Shown here one piece after another: positions 60,522-64,000 of a stretch of 64,000 bases of DNA. The notes under the pieces were generated by a model that had not been told where the DNA came from, did not search any database, and worked only from the letters and a program-made list of their open reading frames with translations. Within the stretch, counting starts at the first letter, position 1, and each line of letters begins with the position of its first letter. Source of the stretch: Chitinophagales bacterium (lineage in GTDB: Bacteria > Bacteroidota > Bacteroidia > Chitinophagales > LD1). The translations under genes and the position numbers were made by a program. The DNA lies in the NCBI GenBank assembly GCA_046329515.1, contig JAXLUM010000005.1, positions 217,787-281,786 on the forward strand, written 5' to 3'.

Positions 60522-62213
60522 ATGAACAAACTCTACACCTTCATTCTTATGGTTTTTGCTGCAACCATCGCAAATGCGCAAACTCCTTTTGAACGTGTTT
60601 ACACCATTTTAAATACCAAATGTCAAAACAGCAACTGCCATAGCTCAACGGCTACTGATGGTTCGCAGGCTTTGTTATTTACCGGTACACAAAGTGATGT
60701 TTACAATGCTATTTACGAGGTAACCCCGGGCAACGTAAACTCAGTAAACAAACATGAGAAGCTGGTTAAAGCCGGCCACCCTTACATGAGTTTTCTGTTG
60801 CGTAAAATGGCAGGCTCAGGCTTTGATACTGACTTAAGCCTTGATGCCGGCGAAGGTGATTTAATGAAGGACATAAACAACACTGCGCTAACCAATAAAG
60901 AAATTGAGTTCGTTCGCCAGTGGATAATGTATTCAGCCAAACAAACATATGGCACTAATGACCCTAAGCCCGATTGGCAAACCGTAAGTGATTATTACGA
61001 TGCGCCAAACCTTCCTTTTTTACCTAAACCTGCAAAACCAGCAGCAGGCACAGGTTTACAGTTCCGTATGGGCCCTGTGTTTGTGCCGGTAACCGGTGCA
61101 AGCGAGCAGGAATGGTGCTTACAGCAGGAAGTAAACTTCCCTTACCTGCCACAGGTAGAACGTATTGAGGGTTTCATGAACCAGCAATCGCACCACTTTC
61201 TATTATTTAAGTTTGATGATTCAACCTCTGCCGCTGACCGTGGCTTTGGTATGTATAAAATAAGCCTTACCAGCGGCACTACTTCTTTTGACGGCAGCAA
61301 ACAGTTAACCAGCGCCTGGCAGGATGATGCTGAATTTTCATTGCCTACAGGCACAGCGCTTTTTTGGGGTCAAAAAACATATCTTGATATGAACTACCAT
61401 ATTAAGAACTACGCTGCTACTGATGTTTTACCATGCGATTTCTACTATAACATTTACTTTCAGCCGCGTAACCCTAACACTATTGAAATGAAAGCAAACC
61501 TGGTAAACAATGCCACTTTGCTTTTACCACAGGGTTCACAAAGCCGCGACTATGATGACCCGGCTAACAACGGCGCAAAAGAATGGCGTTATATCTGGAA
61601 TATGACGTCGCACACCCATAAGTACGGCAGCGATTACGACATTTACAGAAGAGATACCACAGGCGCTATTGCTGATAAGTTGTACGAAGGCTTTTGGGAT
61701 TACACCAATAACTTCGACAGAGGTTATTATGATTGGGAACATCCATCAACTGAATACTTCCCTACTTTCTTACCGGTTAAGTTTGGTAAGCACAACGGCC
61801 AAAAAGCAGGTTTAGTAGCCCGCACCACATGGGATGTGCAACAACCACTGGTAACTTTTGGTTTTACCACTAACGATGAAATGCAGTTGTTCTACTACTT
61901 CTACACCAACCAACTGCCTGATGGCCTTAATGCCATTAATGATGATAAAGGCAAGCAGATATTCTTCCAGGTTATGCCTAACCCTATGAACGGCAATGGC
62001 CGCCTGGTTTACCAATTAGATAATGCCGCCAAGGTACAGGCAAGCGTGGTTGATGTTACAGGTAAAACTGTTGCTGAATTAGCCGAAGAAAACCAAACTG
62101 AAGGCATGCACGAAATTACCATGGGTAACGAGCAGCTTTCAAAAGGTATTTACTTTGCCAAGCTTGTTATTAACGGCAGCGTTTACAGCAAAAAATTTAT
62201 TGTTACTGAATAA
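60522..62213 (+). CDS. T9SS-secreted cytochrome-c-like / copper type II (PHM-like) monooxygenase fusion
   Basis: Signal peptide; C34-x4-C39-H40; H224-H225, H293, H364-x-H366, M454; CTD FQVMPNPMNG...LSKGIYFAKL. Confidence 0.82.
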   Translation: MNKLYTFILMVFAATIANAQTPFERVYTILNTKCQNSNCHSSTATDGSQALLFTGTQSDVYNAIYEVTPGNVNSVNKHEKLVKAGHPYMSFLLRKMAGSGFDTDLSLDAGEGDLMKDINNTALTNKEIEFVRQWIMYSAKQTYGTNDPKPDWQTVSDYYDAPNLPFLPKPAKPAAGTGLQFRMGPVFVPVTGASEQEWCLQQEVNFPYLPQVERIEGFMNQQSHHFLLFKFDDSTSAADRGFGMYKISLTSGTTSFDGSKQLTSAWQDDAEFSLPTGTALFWGQKTYLDMNYHIKNYAATDVLPCDFYYNIYFQPRNPNTIEMKANLVNNATLLLPQGSQSRDYDDPANNGAKEWRYIWNMTSHTHKYGSDYDIYRRDTTGAIADKLYEGFWDYTNNFDRGYYDWEHPSTEYFPTFLPVKFGKHNGQKAGLVARTTWDVQQPLVTFGFTTNDEMQLFYYFYTNQLPDGLNAINDDKGKQIFFQVMPNPMNGNGRLVYQLDNAAKVQASVVDVTGKTVAELAEENQTEGMHEITMGNEQLSKGIYFAKLVINGSVYSKKFIVTE

Positions 62214-62236
62214 GCGTAACTACTTAAATAAAACAG

Positions 62237-62264
62237 AAACGCCCTGCAATTGCGGGGCGTTTTT
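62237..62264. terminator. Bidirectional terminator
   Basis: AAACGCCCTGCA-at-TGCGGGGCGTTT, with A and T runs on either side, between convergent genes. Confidence 0.8.
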
Positions 62265-62287
62265 AGTTTATGCTGTTTACGGAAGTA

Positions 62288-63148
62288 TTAATTTTTAAGC
62301 AGGCTTATCAGTGTTATCAGCTTATCGCGCAATTCCTTTCGGTTTACAATAAAATCAAGAAAGCCGTTCTCTAACTGAAACTCGGAGGTTTGAAAACCCT
62401 CAGGCAATTTCTTCTTAATGGTTTCCTCTATAACACGCGGGCCGGCAAAGCCAATTAAGGCGCCGGGCTCAGCAATATTAAAATCACCCAGCATAGCAAA
62501 GGAAGCTGTTACACCGCCGGTGGTAGGGTCAGTTAGTAAACTTATATAAGGCACACGCGCTTCGCTAAGCTGGTTTAACTTGGCTGAGGTTTTAGCCATT
62601 TGCATAAGCGAAAATGCGCTCTCCTGCATACGCGCCCCGCCCGATTTAGAAATAATAAGCAAAGGGGTTTTATTCTCAATACAGTAATCTATGCTGCGCG
62701 CAATCTTCTCACCCATTACTGAACCCATGGAGCCGCCTATATAGCGAAAGTCCATAGCAGCTACCAGTAGTTGTTCATCGCCTAAGGGGCCAACAGCTAC
62801 GCGCATGGCTTCGTTCATACCGGTTTTCTCCTCGGCATCCTTTATGCGCTTACCATACGACTTTGAATCAGTAAAATGTAAAAGGTCTACCGGCACAAGG
62901 TTGTCATACAACTCCTTGTATTCCCCTTCATTAAACAGTATCTGAAAATACTCTTCGGCATCAATCTTTTCGTGGTAGCCACATTCAGGGCAAACGCTAA
63001 GGTTTTCTTTAAGCTTATCTGCAAGAACAGTTGCTTTGCAATTGTTACACTTGTGCCATATCCCTTCAGGGGTTTCCTTCTTCTCTTCCGTAGAGGTTTG
63101 AACACCCTTACGAAACCTCTTCCACCATGGAACCTTCTCGTCCGTCAT
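62288..63148 (-). CDS. accD: Acetyl-CoA carboxylase carboxyltransferase beta subunit
   Basis: Zn ribbon KCNNC...CPEC, GGSMGSVMGEKI, SGGARMQE, DPTTGGVTASFAMLGD, GFAGPRVI. Confidence 0.97.
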   Translation of the reverse strand: MTDEKVPWWKRFRKGVQTSTEEKKETPEGIWHKCNNCKATVLADKLKENLSVCPECGYHEKIDAEEYFQILFNEGEYKELYDNLVPVDLLHFTDSKSYGKRIKDAEEKTGMNEAMRVAVGPLGDEQLLVAAMDFRYIGGSMGSVMGEKIARSIDYCIENKTPLLIISKSGGARMQESAFSLMQMAKTSAKLNQLSEARVPYISLLTDPTTGGVTASFAMLGDFNIAEPGALIGFAGPRVIEETIKKKLPEGFQTSEFQLENGFLDFIVNRKELRDKLITLISLLKN

Positions 63149-63223
63149 AACACAATGTTAGTGCTTAAAGCTGAAAACTTAAAGCTACCAATTTTAACAG
63201 GCTAACGCATAATGCCCTATACC

Positions 63224-64000
63224 TTAAAAAAGCTCGCAAACCACGCGGTTTATCTCCCACCAACTGTTGGAGTATTCCGTTTTATTAAGGTAAAACTCAA
63301 TAGCTACCGTTTCGCGGCGGCTTCGCTTGCCTTTTTCTCTTTGCGTTTTAAAAGTTACGTTACAGTTAACGTAGGCAGTGCCTGCTTCTTTATCTATTTC
63401 TACATTTATAAAATCGTAGTTAACCAGCACCATGCTAAAGTAACGGCTCTGAAAGTCCTTTACCTTTTCGCGCAACTCGTCAGGGTCGGTTGAAAGGCCA
63501 AGGCTATCCTTCATTTCCTCGCTAAAGTGGTCTTCAAAAAAGTTACTCTGCGTATCGAACAAGCTCATTAGGGCATAATGCGCTGCATTCTTAACATCGT
63601 AGTCCGCATTAGGGTGAAACTCTTCGTAAATAAACTGGTTTATCCAGCCTTTAATTTTTATATCCTCAATCTCCTGCTTAAAAAGTTCCTCTGTTATAAA
63701 GCGGTAAATTTCGCGGTCGGGCGTGGGGGCTAACACATCAAGGCCAACGCGGTGCTTAGCCATTATTTTCATCAGCCGGCGCAAATCGCACCGCACTTCT
63801 TTATCGCTTAGGTCGTTAACGTGGTTGTACTCCGGTTCGCCTATGTACTTATACACGCTTATTAACTTCGACTCATTGTGCTGTTTGTGGAAGTTCATAA
63901 TCTGTTTCAGGAACTGATTTTCCACATCTGGAGGAATATCCTCACTGCCTACAAAGTCTCCGCCAAACTCTGCCATCATTTTCAGCTTCAGAAAATCGTT
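63224..64000 (-). CDS. Hypothetical protein, probably 5'-partial
   Basis: The frame stays open from the ORF-track start at 63979 to the window edge (NDFLKLKMMAEFGG...). No recognised family. Confidence 0.75.
   Translation of the reverse strand, partial: NDFLKLKMMAEFGGDFVGSEDIPPDVENQFLKQIMNFHKQHNESKLISVYKYIGEPEYNHVNDLSDKEVRCDLRRLMKIMAKHRVGLDVLAPTPDREIYRFITEELFKQEIEDIKIKGWINQFIYEEFHPNADYDVKNAAHYALMSLFDTQSNFFEDHFSEEMKDSLGLSTDPDELREKVKDFQSRYFSMVLVNYDFINVEIDKEAGTAYVNCNVTFKTQREKGKRSRRETVAIEFYLNKTEYSNSWWEINRVVCELF

Noticed and set aside
3920-63917. Numerous 60-210 aa ORFs antisense or out of frame to assigned genes (e.g. 4481-4954, 5039-5671, 47487-47897, 52418-52804)
   Set aside because: They overlap well-supported genes, lack motifs and have shadow-like composition.

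Overview
Chromosomal window from a Bacteroidota organism. This is inferred from T9SS C-terminal domains, TAnnTTTG promoter boxes and a sigma-70 that starts MRQLK and lacks region 1.1. Most of it is intact housekeeping and envelope genes: DUF853 ATPase, rlmI, rnr, cysQ, an rfbBCD/wbp/uxs/ugd nucleotide-sugar block, waaA, floA-nfeD, rlmH, rhomboid, ltaE, ffh, long-form gap, trxB, two TonB-dependent receptors and accD. Accessory content sits between these genes, and many intergenic gaps are filled by a family of nested REP/MITE-like palindromes. Most notable: (1) a T9SS-secreted protein fusing a CX4CH cytochrome-c-like domain to a PHM/DBH-type bicopper monooxygenase with all six Cu ligands (60522-62213); (2) a stand-alone AT-rich Sir2 NADase-TPR gene, a candidate anti-phage system (53732-55726); (3) a signal-peptide protein ending in a T-even phage gp38-like polyglycine adhesin module (27375-28835); (4) a giant secreted protein with a Gly/Cys-rich domain that runs off the left edge and is missed by the ORF track (<1-3876); (5) an arsR-arsM-arsC unit with two operators, bracketed by direct repeats. 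About 29.27-39.35 kb is riddled with indels, most likely low-quality long-read consensus. Genes there were reconstructed by eye and their coordinates are approximate. No rRNA, tRNA, CRISPR array, transposase or prophage was supported. All family assignments come from motif recognition; no database search was run.
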